Assembly: GCF_009914755.1 (NCBI RefSeq)
Contig: NC_060948.1
DNA length: 64,000 bases
Reading direction: 5' to 3' (one strand)
DNA from: the human T2T-CHM13v2.0 reference genome, Homo sapiens
Of this stretch, positions 1-16,662 are shown piece by piece. How positions within the stretch are numbered: the first letter of the stretch is position 1; each line of letters begins with the position of its first letter. Position numbers and translations under genes: made by a program. Below the pieces are notes generated by a model. It had not been told where the DNA came from, did no database searches, and worked only from the letters and a program-made list of their open reading frames with translations.

Positions 1-168
1 TCAGGCATGAAAACCCCTTCCTGTAGTCCCAGCTACTTGGGAGGCTGACCCAGGGGAGTCACTTGAACCCAGGAGGTGGAGGTTTCAGTGAGCCAAGATC
101 ATGCCATTGTGCTCCAGCCTGGGTGACATAGTGAGATTCTATATCAAAAAGTAAGTAAATAAATAAAT
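1..168 (+). mobile_element. Alu right arm with (AAAT)n tail, cut by the window edge
   Basis: CCTGTAGTCCCAGCTACTTGGGAGGCTGA...CCAGCCTGGGTGACA followed by an A-rich tail. Confidence 0.92.
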
Positions 169-3100
169 CTAGAATCAAGTCTACATGAAAAGGATTGATA
201 ATTCCGTCTAAGCCAGAATTTAGAGAAGGAAGACAAAAACTGTACTTTGTTAATCAAAATGAATAGAATTCTGACCATGCATGTGGTAAATAATATTAAC
301 ATGTGTCAGCCATTTCAAGTTTGACTGGATAGACTTGTGCACTACCTCTCTCCATAGATGTTTAAATGTAGAAACATAATCTGAAAATTTTAGGATGATT
401 TCATTTAGTTTTGCTAAAATGTCCATCTCTTAATCTTGTTTCAACTTTGAGATGTGGTCTTGCAGCATTGGTACAATTATGCTCTCTTCATATGCAAAAT
501 TAATGTCATTTTTTACTATAGATATTTTAAATGTTTCACTTGAGACCACAGTCTAATTTTAAAAAGAATACTTATTTATAATTATGTAGCTTCCTTTACA
601 TAGTTAGTATTATCTTTGTTTACTTCATGTACATGTCAAAAAAACCTCATGACTTATTAAGAATTCTATTGTTTACTTGAATATATTGGGCCAATAAAAT
701 TAATAAACTCAATTATGTCATTTTTATAGAGTAAAATAGACAACAACTAAACAAATATTGGCTTATTGGATTAAATAGAATTCTATAATTGAAAAATGTA
801 AAATGTACAAAATAAATAACATATACACACTATAAAATTACTCACATGTGAAAATTATTTTCTGAAAAGCATTAAATTTTATCTAAGTCACTTTCATAAT
901 TTCTGAGGGGAGTGTAGAAAGAATGCCTTTTTGTTTGTTTGTTTGTTTGTTTGTTTGTTTGTTTGTTTTTTGAGATGAAGTTTCACTTCATTGCCCAGGC
1001 TGGAGTGCAATGGCACCATCTTGGATCACTTTAATGTTTGTCCCCTGAGTTAAAGTGATTCTCCATTACTCAGCCCCCTGAGTAGCTGGGATTACAGGAG
1101 CCCAACATCATGGCCAGATAATTTTTGTAATTTTAGTAGAGACAACGTTTCACCATGTTGGCCAGGCTGGTCTCAAACTCCTGATCTCTGGAGATCTACC
1201 TGGCTTGGCTGCCCAAAGTGCTGGAATTTCAGGCATGAGCCACCAAGTCCAGCCCAAAGAGTGTTTTATGAAATTAGATGAAAAAATTATATATTATATT
1301 TAGGGTGAGCAACAGGCAAACATACAAAAAAAGAGAAAAATTTGCAGAAGATTATTCTAAGCCACTAGCAATAACACTTTACATCATGGAGTTTAATACA
1401 AAGCAGAGAAAATAGATTTGCTTTGAAAATCTTTGAAGTTTCTGGTTTGTTGGTAAGATATGAACACTTGTAAAATTATCTGTTTTATTCTAATATTTTT
1501 CTTTTCTTCTCAATGTAAGCAATGATAAACAAATATGATTATTTTCTATCAATTTATTACATGCCTAAAGTTTATTTTACAGTAATATGCTTCTTATATT
1601 TAAATTCATGTAAATCAAAACTAAAGTTCTGTATGTGTTTATCAGAGCAGAGATGTCATATATTTAATAGAACAAAAGTAGGATAAAAGTTGTAAATAGT
1701 TGTTTAGTATTCAGAAACATATAGCTCCATTATACTAATTTATATCTTCATTACCACCATCATAATAAGCTGTAGTTACAAAGAAAACAAAAATATAAGT
1801 TTTAAGAAATATACTTTCCAAATTATTTTAAGTTAAAAAACACTGACAACACAAAAACATTACTAGAGATGTTATTCCCCTGTCCCCAAGTAGCATATTG
1901 TTACCATCTGTTACCTATAGCCTTGGTTAATATGGGATAACTTAACATCGGTGGCAAGATACACATTCAATGTACAATAGCTTTAACATGATAACAACAA
2001 TATTGGTTTATTAAAACAAATAGAGTCCACACATTGTCATTAAAAAGGCATTTTAGAATTCACTTTATTTTGATTACCTTAATTTGCAAATGGTAAATCA
2101 ATTTCCAACTAAAAATCAAATTGTTTCTTTTACTATGCAGAATGTTGCCCTTACCACACTCTTATCATACTGTCATTTATGATACCCAATTAAACCATCC
2201 ACTAAGTTGCCTCTGCACATATAAATTCTTCAAGTATATTAGATTTGGTTTTCCTCATCTTCCATGGAAAAGTATATAAATCTGTCCTTCTAATATAGAA
2301 GAATCTCTCATAACTCTGGTGCAGCAACTATTGACCATGTTCTTTCACATACATTCCAGAAATAAAGATATAACATCAAAGTAAGAGATAAATTACATCA
2401 ATATTTGTTTTTGAAAATACTTATTATTTTCAAAAAATATTAAATTATTTTAATATAAATATAGATTCCCTTTAGGGGAAAGTGATCTAGATTGCTGACT
2501 AGAAAGAGGCAGCTAGACTGCGGAGTTCCCATAGACAGGAATGCAAGGTGTGCATAAATACATAACTTTCAGTGGAAACTTCCAGTTATTTCCATCAGGA
2601 CTAATCAAAGAAGCAACTTAACATAAGAAGAATGGAGTAAAGCAAGACAGGACACTGGGACTCTTGAAAACAACATGGAGGCAGGGAAACTGTCACACCC
2701 AGTAAGGCAGAATGTGAATGTGAGATCCTGGGAACCCATGATTCTTCCACAGATCTTTGCAACCCTCTGGTGAGGTGATCCCCTCATAAACCCACTTCAC
2801 CAAAGCCTTCTGTATAGGACACATAGCTACATGGAGTCTCAGCAGAGCAGCCGCTCAGGATTGTGCAGTGATTCAAAAGCCTTAGATAGATATGTTTCTA
2901 GGCTTCCCAGAAAAAGTAGCTGCAATTCCAGAAAAGAAGGATGCTACAACCCTGTACATACTCATAGGAAAAAGGCAGAATCCAGGGGGCTTAGCAGTGA
3001 TGGTCTGTAGGAAACATTTTCTCAGTGCCTCACAGATGTACTGGCTTTGAATTCCAGCCAATGATTGGTAGAAGCACTGCACCTCCCTGGGATCAAGCAA

Positions 3101-3210
3101 TCAGAAAAAGGAGTTGGCCACAATCTTTGCTGCTTGATAAACTTAGCCATTCCAGCCTTCAGACTTCGAGGAGCCCAAGCTTACTAGAAGCACAAAGGAT
3201 CTCTTAGCAC
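169..3210. repeat. Copy 1 of a diverged segmental (tandem) duplication; paralog at ~61081-64000
   Basis: Colinear matches: GATAATTCCGTCTAAGCCAGAA at 197 vs GATAATTCTGTCTAAGCCAGAA at 61109; GAGCCCAAGC at 3171 vs 63963; offset ~60.8-60.9 kb. Confidence 0.9.
928..1254 (-). mobile_element. Alu (AluS-like) with (TTTG)n tail
   Basis: Antisense Alu body (GCCCAGGCTGGAGTGCAATGG...CCCAAAGTGCTGG); absent from the paralogous copy near 61790. Confidence 0.93.
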
Positions 3211-3513
3211 AGTACAGGTGCTCTAAAAAGACATGGCCAGACTGCCTGTTAAAGCAGGTCCCCAATCTCCTTCTTCCTCACTGAAAAGTACTTCCCAATG
3301 AGTATCTCCAGCTAACATCACTGGCCCTGTTTCGTAGATGGAATTTTGAAATCTTTTTTGGCTATAGTTCCTAGAGCAAAGAGTGAGCTGCCATTTTTTC
3401 CTGTTTGTGTGACTAAGCTGTTCCTGCCTCCTGGCTTTGGAGGATCCAAATAAACTGTGGATGGAAGTGGTACCTCTGCAAAGCAGAGCTGTTCTACAAA
3501 AATGTGGCTAGAC

Positions 3514-3686
3514 TTTCCTTTCCTTTCCTTTCCTTTCCTTTCCTTTCCTTTCCTTTCCTTTCCTTTCCTTTCCTTTCCTTCCCTCCCTCCCTCCCTCCCT
3601 CCCTCCCTTCTTTCTCTTTCTTTCTTTCTTTCCTTCCTTCCTTCCTTCCTTCCTTCCTTCCTTCCTTCCTTCCTTCCTTCCTTCCT

Positions 3687-3732
<46 letters not shown>

Positions 3733-3755
3733 TTCCTTCCTTCCTTCTTTCTTTC
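3514..3755. repeat. Compound pyrimidine STR (TTTCC)n(CCCT)n(CTTT)n(CCTT)n derived from an Alu tail
   Basis: Visible tandem penta- and tetranucleotide blocks directly abutting an antisense Alu. Confidence 0.97.
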
Positions 3756-4036
3756 GAGACAGAGTATTCCCCCTGTTGCCCAGGCTGGAGTGCACTGGGG
3801 CAATCTCAGATTACCACAACCTCTGCCTGCTGGGTTCAAGAAATTCTCCTACCTCAGCCTTCCGACTAGCTGGGATTACAGGCATGTGCCACCACGCCTG
3901 GATAATTGTGTATTTTTAGTAGAGATTCAGTTTCACTATGTTGGTCACGCTGGTCTCTAACTCCCGACTCTGGTTGATCTGCCCACCTCAGCCTCCCAAA
4001 GTGTTGAGATTACAAGCATGAGCTGCTGCACCCAGC
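3756..4036 (-). mobile_element. Alu (AluS-like)
   Basis: GAGACAGAGT...GCCCAGGCTGGAGTGCA...CCTCAGCCTCCCAAAGTG. Confidence 0.93.
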
Positions 4037-5719
4037 AGACTGCTTTCTTAAGTGGATCCCCAATCACTTTCTTTTCACTGGGGAATACCTTTCAAGAGGC
4101 ATTTCCAGCTACATCCTACAGGTGCTTTTGGGCTGAAAACAGGTTTATACATCCCTGGGATGGAGGTCCCAGAGAAAAGGGCATGCTGCCATTGTTACTT
4201 TTTTGCACATTCACTGGTGATAACTTCAGATGCTGGAAATTCTGAGGTGACTAGATACTGCAGTGGACACCCAGCCTATTGCAGTTGCAGCAGCTCTTCA
4301 CAGAAGTGGACAGACTGTTACATGTGTTTCTGTTCTTATATATTTTCACTGGGTAGGTTCTTCAGGCCTGGGCCACTAGCCAATCATTGCCACAGCTATT
4401 GAGCAAGTAACAACATAAGAACTCCATGGACAGAGCTTCTGGGGGCAACTGCATATATTTATTCACTGTCTCTGCAGTGGAATTGTCCTTGCTGTCCTGA
4501 AACTAATGAAAAATCCAAAACCCTAAGTTCCTTATTCACACCTCAAACAAGCTGCAGCATACCAAAGGAAAGGAGGTCAGTCCATCCTCCATGGGTCCCA
4601 CAGACTCCCCAGTGCTCCTCACCAGACAGTGAGCCCCTAACTTGGCCAAAAGCACAGATTTTCCATCCAGGGCTGACTGCACTGAGGGATTGATCACCTA
4701 CATCTCTCTTAGTTGCAGCCCTTCAGAAGACTGGCATACAGGTGGGGCAGCAAGCCAGCTTGTTGATTTCTAAGGGTTTGGTGCAAGAGCATCTATAGCA
4801 AAATATGGCCAGTGATGGCGAGTTCTCTAGGCTGAACTTTCTCCTATAAGAGATTTTAGCCTGAGGGGAACCATTGGAACTAATTTCTACAGGATGATGT
4901 TGCAAATCAGAAGGGGGTGGTCCAACTGAGGACTCTTTTGCCACCTGGCCTCTCCCAGGGTCGCAGTCTAGCTAAAGCTTCTTACAGGGCAGTCTCAGGT
5001 ACCCTAGAAGCCCATACCATAGCATCAGCCTGGTAATCAATGCTTGGCCCCTGAAGAGCTCCAGGAAGGCAGACACTATCATTGCAGCTTACATGTATCT
5101 TCCCCATTCTGCAGCCTACATGTATCTTTCCCATACTGCAGCTTCCCCTGACACCATGGCAATTCCCCATGTTACTTTGCTGGCACATGTCTGCAAAGGT
5201 GGGTTTGACTTTGCTTGCCCCACCAGCAAATGGGAATGCAGTATGCTTCTACTACCCTCAGGAACTTCTACAGTAGATAAAACTTTGGTAGGCAGAAAGC
5301 CAGAGAGCCTCATCCCTGCTTTTCTGCTAACACTGTGTAACAAAGAGTGTATTCTCCCACTCTCTGAACAATTATTACTTCATGGGCGGGGGGGGGCAAA
5401 AATAAGGCATCATAACCTTCACTGGCCCGCATCCTGCCCAAGCCAACACCACCTTTAGTGCAACAGACCACACAGTCTCCAGCAGGTACAGGTGACTCAC
5501 TCTCAGCTGCTTTGTCTTTGCCACTGAGGTGAATGCCCAAAGACAGGGAGAAACCCCATATCCACTAACTCTCTTCTAAAGCTGTGACACCTTAGTCACA
5601 AAGAGTGGTGGACTCCAAATATCAAGGAGCCAGAAAAGACAGTTGGAGCTCGATACAATTTCCCCAGAGTATGCAGCCTCTGAATTGTGAGCTGAGCATA
5701 GCCCCTCCACCACCAAGAA

Positions 5720-6149
5720 AAAAATCTCCCAGGAACAAAGCTTGTTGGTTGCAAACACCTTATTCCACATCAAATACTCCAGACCATTAAACGGAATAAA
5801 AAAATTCAAAGGTCAACCACCTCAAAGATATACATGGAAACATTAGACAAAATCAGTACAAAAATTTTGAAAACACAAAAAGCCGTAGTGAGTTCTTTCA
5901 TCCAAATGATGAAATTACATTTCCAGTGAGGCCTAAAAATCTCCCAGGAACAAAGCTTGTTGGTTGCAAACACCTTATTCCACATCAAATACTCCAGACC
6001 ATTAAATGGGATAAAAAAATTCAAAGGTCAGCAGCCTCAAAGATATACATGGAAACATTAGACAAAATCAGTACAAAAATTTTGAAAACACAAAAAGTCA
6101 TAGTGACTTCTTTCATCCAAATGATGAAATTACATTTCCAGTGAGGCCT
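5720..6149. repeat. 215-bp direct tandem duplication inside the L1
   Basis: 5720-5934 and 5935-6149 differ at about 8 positions by my count. Confidence 0.95.
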
Positions 6150-7010
6150 AAGATGACAGAAGTAGAATTCAGAATAAGGAACTTCATTGAGCTACAAATT
6201 TAACTTTCAACCCATTGCAATGAAGGGGAAAAAATGCAGGAATGGATAGAAAAAAACAGCCATTTAGGAGGAAAATATGACCAATCTGATAGAGCTGAAA
6301 AAACACAATACAAAAACTTTATAATTTAATCACAAGTATAAACAGTAGAATAGGCCAAGCAGAGGAAAGAATCTCAGAGCTTCAACACTGGCTTTCTTAA
6401 ATTAGACAAGAAGAGTAAAAACAATAACAATAATAATAATAATAAGGAGGAATGAACAAAACATCTAAGATATAAGATTTATGTAATGAATCCAAATCTG
6501 TGGTCAAAAAGAGTACCTGAAGGGGATGGAGAGAATGAAAACCACTTGAAATACATATTTCTAGATATCATCCATGGAAAGCCAAGTCACCTCTAAATGA
6601 AGGACATCAAACAAATAATAAATCTTTCAGTTGAAATTCTACTTGTCAAAGAGATGAGGGGCCAATATTCAACATTCTTAAGCAAGAATTTTAAACCAAA
6701 ATTTATATCCGATAAAAGTAAGGTTCAGAAATAAAAAAATATATATGATCCTATTCAGTTAAGCAAATGCTGAGGAAATCTTTTACCACAAGACCTGCCT
6801 TTTAAGAGCTTCTAAAGAAAACATTAAATAAGAAAGAGACTATAACCAGTCACTACAAAAACACACTAAAATACATAAATTGCTGACACTATAAAGCAAC
6901 CACATAAATTTGAAAATAGCAAAGATCATAGTGACAAAATGAAATCCATACACATGAATACTAAACTTGAATGAAAATGGGCTAAATTCCCCAATTAAAA
7001 AACAAAGTGG

Positions 7011-7330
7011 TGCCAGGCACGGTGGCTCACACCTGTAATCCCAGCACTTTGGGAGGCCAAGATGGGCAGATCACAGGGTCAGGAGATCAAGACCACTCTG
7101 GCTAACACGGAGAAACCCCGTCTCTACTAAAAATACAAAAAATTAGCCATGAAAATTAGCCAGGTGTGGCAGTGTGTGCCTGTAGTCCCAGCTACTCAGG
7201 AGGCTGATGGAGGAGGATGGCATGAACCCAGAAGGAGGAGCTTCCAGTGAGCTGAGATTGCACCACTGCACTCCAGTCTGGGCAACAGAGCAAGACTCTG
7301 TCTCAAACAAAACAAAACAAAAAAATAAAA
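7011..7330 (+). mobile_element. AluY-like element
   Basis: GGCTAACACGG and ATGGCATGAACCC...GAGCTT diagnostic positions; (AAAAC)n tail. Confidence 0.92.
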
Positions 7331-7658
7331 CAGAGTGACAAGCTGAACAAACAGACAAGATCTAATGGTATGCTGTAATCAAGACACCCATCTCAAATAA
7401 CCTCAAATGAAAAGAGAAAAAAAAATCTTCTAAGCAAATAGAAAACAGAATAAAAGCAGAGGTTGCAATCCTAGTTTCTGGCAAAACAGACTTTACATAA
7501 ATATAGGTTTTAAAAAAAGACAAAGAAGGACATTACATAATAGTAAAGGTCTATATATACACACACACCCCCAAAAAAGCACTCAGATTATAAAGCAACT
7601 TCTTAGAGACCCTCGTAGATCATAAGTTAAATGTTCTTCAACAGCCATTACCTTTATG

Positions 7659-8857
<1,199 letters not shown>

Positions 8858-8872
8858 CTAAAAAAAAAAAGA
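8858..8872 (-). other. Intact 3' splice acceptor of the zinc-finger exon
   Basis: Minus strand reads GTAGTTC-T12-AG|CTGGGTC, the expected junction (A-GSF) of a KRAB-ZNF last exon. Confidence 0.85.
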
Positions 8873-9448
8873 ACTACAAATTTCTCCCTCATTAGACCCA
8901 GGTGAATACACTTTGCAAATATATAATTAACCAAAGCACATTAATAAGGTGACAATAAAATATTACAGGCTCTAATTCTTTTATATAATTTATATAAATT
9001 TATATAAATTTATATAAATTTATACTTAACAGTAATATACTCACAAAATGCCTTTGTGAGAACTCTAAGAATCAGGTATAAGTTTGCAGCACCGTAAGTG
9101 AGCAAAATGCAAAAAACCACATAGTAGTTTTAAAAAAGTGTTTTGTATGTACCCACAACAACCATTCTTCATCCTATGATGACTTTAAATATAGACTCCC
9201 AGCTTCCATCTCCCCCATCCAGCAATAAAGTATTGGCACCTCTGTCCATGCTTCTGGGTTTCTGAGACCTTACCATAGGCTAATTTCTATATTCCATGGT
9301 AGCGTTGAAAGGAAAGTTGGTAACTGACAGTTTTGGATATCTAAGATCAAAGATAAATGACTGTTACAAGTGAAGAAAGACTTTAGTATCAAAGACAGAC
9401 AATGGGTATAGCAACTGACAACAGGATTTCAATAAGAAACATGGGGAA

Positions 9449-9737
9449 TGCTGGGAGTGGTTGCCCACACCTGTAATATTGGCACTTTGGGAGGCTGAGG
9501 CAGGCAGATCACCAGAGGTGAAAAGTTCAAGACCAGCAAGGTAAACATGGTTAAACCTTGTCTCTACTAAAAATACAAAAATTAGATGGGCGTGGTGGCA
9601 GGTTTCTGTAATTCCTGCTACTCAGGAGGCTGAGGCAGGCAAACCGCTTTAACCAAGGAGTTGGAGGTTGCAGTGAGCCCAGACTGTGCCATTACACTCC
9701 AGCCTGTGTAACAGGAGTGAAGCTCCCACTCAAAAAT

Positions 9738-9769
<32 letters not shown>

Positions 9770-9872
9770 GAAGAAAAGAAAAGAAAAGAAAAGAAAAGAA
9801 AAGAAAAGAAAAGAAAAGAAAAGAAAAGAAATGAAACGAAATGAAACGAAACGAAAAGAAAAGAAGAAAAAA
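9449..9872 (+). mobile_element. Alu with compound (GAAA)/(GA)/(AAAAG)n STR tail
   Basis: Alu body 9449-9732, purine STR to ~9872; flanking AAACATGG target-site duplication. Confidence 0.92.
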
Positions 9873-9882
9873 CATGGAAAAC

Positions 9883-10162
<280 letters not shown>

Positions 10163-10249
10163 TAAACTGAAAAACACACAAACTCAGACAAAGCATCCAT
10201 AGAATAGGCTTCAGAGACCCAAGAATATCTAGCCTAAAAAATTTGTATT

Positions 10250-11995
<1,746 letters not shown>

Positions 11996-14900
11996 TTATT
12001 ATATATTGCTCTAAACCAGGTTGTATTGTCAACATCTATAGGCAGGTTTAAGGGAGAAGATCCATTATTGTGCCTGTGGGCTGGGTCCAGAATGAGTCAC
12101 CATCGCCCCTGTGGCCAAATCCACATAAAAATGTCACAATTTTAACTGTGTGCTGTATTCTTTTGTCAGGCTCAGGACCTCAAGAGTGGGCACTGCAAAT
12201 GTGGAATGGTGACAACTCTTAATTTCACTATGGTGTGTAACCAAGAGTTCCATTCTGAACCTTTTTCTGGACCCTGTTATGAAACTCTTTACCACCAAAC
12301 AGTTTATACAATATAAGTTAGTGTTGTAAGCTAATGTGAGTTTGGTACAAATATGCAACCCAGGACCTTACATATTGCCTTAAGACAAATAATGAGAGGA
12401 AAAATATCTCCTATTGGCTGTATCCCAATGTAAGTTTCATCTTCATGCCTGGGAACTGAAGCAAGGTATATGTCATAATTCCATATGTGAGCAAAAAACA
12501 AGACAGTAGGTTAACATTACATAGATGGTGTACTAAGCAATATGTCACAATGCCTCCTCTAGGTAGGGTATAAAAAAATTGGATCACAGTAACTTGATGC
12601 TAGACTCAGCATTGAACAACATCCCACATGTGGAAAATATCAAGCCAAGTTATAAGACACAAAACACTTACATAATGGGCCAAAGATATGTCGATGTATA
12701 TTCGGTGGCTCTGTCATGGGCAGAAGAGTCACATCATAAGGGTGCTGGGCCCAGCAATATGCAATATGCCATAATTTCTCTTTATGCACGATCTAGGAAG
12801 AAGAGAAAAAAATTACATGGTATTGGGCCACACAATAGGTCAGAATTCCTTCTTTCTGGTTATAATTCCAGAAAAACAGGAGGGTCAATGTCCTGACTGC
12901 TGGGCTCAGCAATATGTCAAAATTCTCCTATTTTGAAGGCCCAGGTTGAAAAAGACAGTCACATCACTTAGGTCAAGGGCTCAGAGATATTTCAAAGTGT
13001 CCGAAGTAGGCAGGGCTCAGGCAGATGAGGAGAATCATATCACCTAGGTGCTGCCCTAGGAATGTGTTACAGTGCAATATGAGGGCAGCATCCAGGCAGA
13101 AGGGCCACATCACTCAAGTGCTAGTTCCTGAGGTATTTCACAAGGATCTCTTAACAAAACACAGAACAAAGAGAGTTACATCACCTAGCTGAAGGTTCTC
13201 TTCTTGTGCCAGACTGCCCCATGTGGGTAGGACCCAAGAAGGGACTCACATCTCCTAGGGGATATGCACAGAGATGTGTCACAATGTCTTCTGTGAAGCA
13301 TAGCACTGGAAACTAGGCCTGTGTACCTGGCCTAGAAATGTCACTCTCCAGGTTCACAGGACCCAAGCAAGAGTCCCACATAACCTAGGTGACAGGCCCA
13401 GAGATATGTCACAATGCATTTCTTTGGGAATGACTCTGGCAAAATAATTCTCTCATCTGTGTGTTTGGCCTTGCAATATGTCACTCTACTTCCTTTGTGC
13501 AGGGCCCATTTCAGAGAGAAGAGTTATATCACCTGTGGGGTGAATAGAAAGATATATCACAATAATTTTTGTGGGCATGGCAGAGGGAAAAATATAACAT
13601 CACCTGGGTGCTAAAAGCAGTGATAAGACACAATCCTTACCGAGAGATGGACCCAGGCAAGAAAGTCACAAAACTTTGAGGTTGGCCTAGGTAGATATCA
13701 CAATCACATATATGGACTGAAAGAAGTCTAGAGAGTCAAATTACACAAGTGCTTGGCAATAATTTATATCAAAATCACACTGCCAGAATATTCCAAAGGT
13801 GAGATTTACAATACCAAACATGTCCTGTTTTCATCTTTGACAGTTGACTTCATCCATGTGAGGTAATGACAGTTCTTACTGTGAGATGGATGTGCATACA
13901 AGACTAACAATATCACCTGTGTGCTGATCCCAGCTTTGACTCCTTCTGTATAACCCAAAAACTTTGTAAAATATGTATGAGTGTTATAATCTTTTGTGAC
14001 CTTTCTATAAAAGGTGATCCAGGGCATCAGGCATGTCCCTAAAACTAGATATAGAAGTCAAAATTGCATCTTTGCCTGAGTCCACATATGACAGTCATTA
14101 TCATCCCTCTTAGCCATGCCTAGGTATAGATTTCAATTCCCTCTGCGTTTATGAAACAGGCAGAACAGGCACATCATCTAAGTTCTGGGCCAGAAGTATT
14201 CCATATTCTATTTGTAGTCAGGGTTCTGTCAGAAATATCATACTTGTGTGCTAGGTCCAGCTCTGTGTCCTAATGTTTCTTTTGGGCACTGTCCAGGCAG
14301 GAGAGGAGAGTCTATCATCAAAAAGATGGGCCCCAAAATATGTCACAATGCCTACTGTTGGCAGGGCCCAGGCAAGAGAGTCGTATCATTTAGACACAGT
14401 GTTTAGAAATGCTACAATTACTAAAGGAAGCAAGTTACAGGCAGGAGAGGAGAGTTGTGTAACCTAGATGATGGGTCCAGAAATATGTTACAAATCCCCT
14501 TGAGGACATTGTTAAGATAGCACAGTCAAATCACCAAGTTACTTGGCTCAGGTTCTTGTGAAAAATCTCATTTGTAGGCTACACTTATGCAGAATTATTA
14601 AATCACTTAAGAGCTGGGTAAATGTATAAGTCACAATTACACTTCTGTAAAGGTTTAAGAATAAAGGTCACCAACCTGTATACGTCCTGGCTCCACTCCT
14701 ATAAGCTGTTATTAGGCTTTTGCTGTGGTCTCTGGTATATGGCACAATGTCACGTGGCCAGAGAGAAGGCAAGAAATTCACATTACCTATGTGGGTATGG
14801 CTCCAGTGTGATGTCACAATTTACCTTTTGGACAGGACACAGGCAGAAAAGTCACATCACCTGAATGCTGATTTCAGTGACATATGAAAACACCATCTGT

Positions 14901-16232
14901 GGGCAAGACTTTGGCAAGAAAGAGACTTACTTCACCTGGGCAATTGGCCTAGATATATGTCACAATGTCTGTTCTGTGCAGTACCAAAGCTGCAGAGTGA
15001 CCTCACATTTGTGCTGGGACCAGCAATATGTCACAAACTCCCTGTGGTCAGCGTACAGGTTAAAGTGGGCAAACATCAGCTAGGTGCTCAGCCAAGCGAT
15101 ATGTTACAATGTTTTCTGTTTGCAGAGCCCTTGAGAAAGAATCACATCACCTGGGTACAGTGTTATGTGTCACAATGCACTGTAAGTGCAGGGCCAAGGC
15201 AATAGAAGAGAGTCACATTACTTATGTGATGGATCTAGATATAAAACATAAATTCTCTTTGTAATCAGGTTTTGGGCAGATAATTTACATAACCTGGGTA
15301 ACAATATGAGTAATATATAAAAATTCCCTTTGTAGGCAGAACCATGATAAATGCTATATATTGCATAGGTGTTTGTTATACTTATGGCATAATTTCATCT
15401 GCGGTCTGGGCCTAGAAAAAGAGTCATATCATTCATGTGCTGGTAAAAGTTGCCTGTCCCAGTCACACTTTCAGAAAAGTTCACAAATAAGTTTCACATT
15501 CCACATAAGTTCTGGTTTCCTGTATGTGGGTCAATACTTTTTATGAGTTTGGTGGAACTATGGGTCACAATCTCAACAATGGGCAAGATGCAGGCACAGG
15601 AGTTGCAATCCCATTTCAAGATTGTGTTCCAGTAGGGGACTCACAGCACCAGAGACAGGCTGAATCATGGTTCAAATATGACCAAAACACCTGTGAATTT
15701 AATCCATGTATAAGAGTAATTATTTCAATCTTTGACAGCTTTTATGTGTGAGGTTTAGTGCCTCATTACTAGGCCCTGTTAATATGTAAGAATCACAATT
15801 GTATCAGTTAGGTGTGCATACAAGTCACATTCTTACCTGATTGCTGCTCTCTGTTATGACACTGTTTGTACCATACAGGGTTTAGATGACATACCTGACT
15901 GTTATAATCCTTTGTGAACTTTATACAAGTTAAAAACCCAGGACTTTTTCTTTATCAATAAGAATGGCTATAAGAGCCAAAATATCTCTATTGGCTGGGT
16001 CCAGAGACGAAATTTAATGTAGTGCATCTGTGCTTAACCAAGGCATACGTCACAATTTCACCTGTGAGCAGAGACAAGGCAAGGGAGTCACATCAACTCG
16101 GTGCTGAGTCAGTGATACACTATAATCTCATTACTAAGCTGGGCCTAATAACAAGAGTCACATTACCTGGTTACAGCCTCAAATAGTATTTCACCAAGCC
16201 CGCTATAGACAGTGAAGAAGAAAAGAAGAGTC

Positions 16233-16371
16233 AGCCAGGTGTGGTGGCTCATGCCTGTAATCCCAGCACTATGGGAGGCCAAAGTGGGGAGATCATGAGC
16301 TCAGGAGTTAGAGAACAGCCTGCCCAACATAGTGAAACCTCATCTCTACTAAAAACACTATATAGATAGAT

Positions 16372-16415
<44 letters not shown>

Positions 16416-16662
16416 CATACATACATACATACATACATACATACATACATACATACATAGATACATAGATACAGCAATATTGCAGGGCATGATGGTGGTG
16501 CCTGTAATCTCAGCTACATGGGAGGTTGAGGAAAGCAAATTGCTTTAACCTGTGGTGCAGAGGTTGCAGTATGCTGAGATTGCACCACTGCACTCCAGGC
16601 CAGGCAAGAGTGAGAGACTTTGTCTTAAAAAAATAAATAAATAAAAAGAGAGAGAGAGAGAG
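16233..16662 (+). mobile_element. Alu with an STR expanded in its middle A-rich linker
   Basis: Left arm 16233-16355, right arm ~16480-16625, (AAAT)/(AG) tail. Confidence 0.92.
16373..16456. repeat. (ATAG)10(ATAC)11 compound STR, probably Y-STR DYS520
   Basis: Repeat counted directly; motif and flanks (AACAGCCTGCCCAACATAGT ... TATTGCAGGGCATGATGGT) match my recollection of the DYS520 amplicon; marker name not verified. Confidence 0.75.

Larger units (their letters stand above)
2480..7610 (+). mobile_element. Old primate LINE-1 (L1PA15/16-L1PB-like): 5'UTR, degenerate ORF1 and start of ORF2; interrupted by two Alus
   Basis: 5' start resembling GATCAAGATGGCCGACTAGAAGCAGC; ORF1-like A-rich sequence (CAAGCAGAGGAAAGAATCTCAGAGCTT, GCCAATATTCAACATTCTTAA); endonuclease-region sequence (AAGCAGAGGTTGCAATCCTAGTTTCTG, GACAAAGAAGGACATTACATAAT). 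Confidence 0.8.

Noticed and set aside
3318-3960. ORFs of 95-173 aa rich in K/E/R or F/L/S/P
   Set aside because: Translations of the compound STR and adjacent Alu; no coding signature
8981-9023. (TTTATATAAA)n palindromic 10-mer repeat near the ZNF acceptor
   Set aside because: Short AT-rich slippage repeat with no evidence of function
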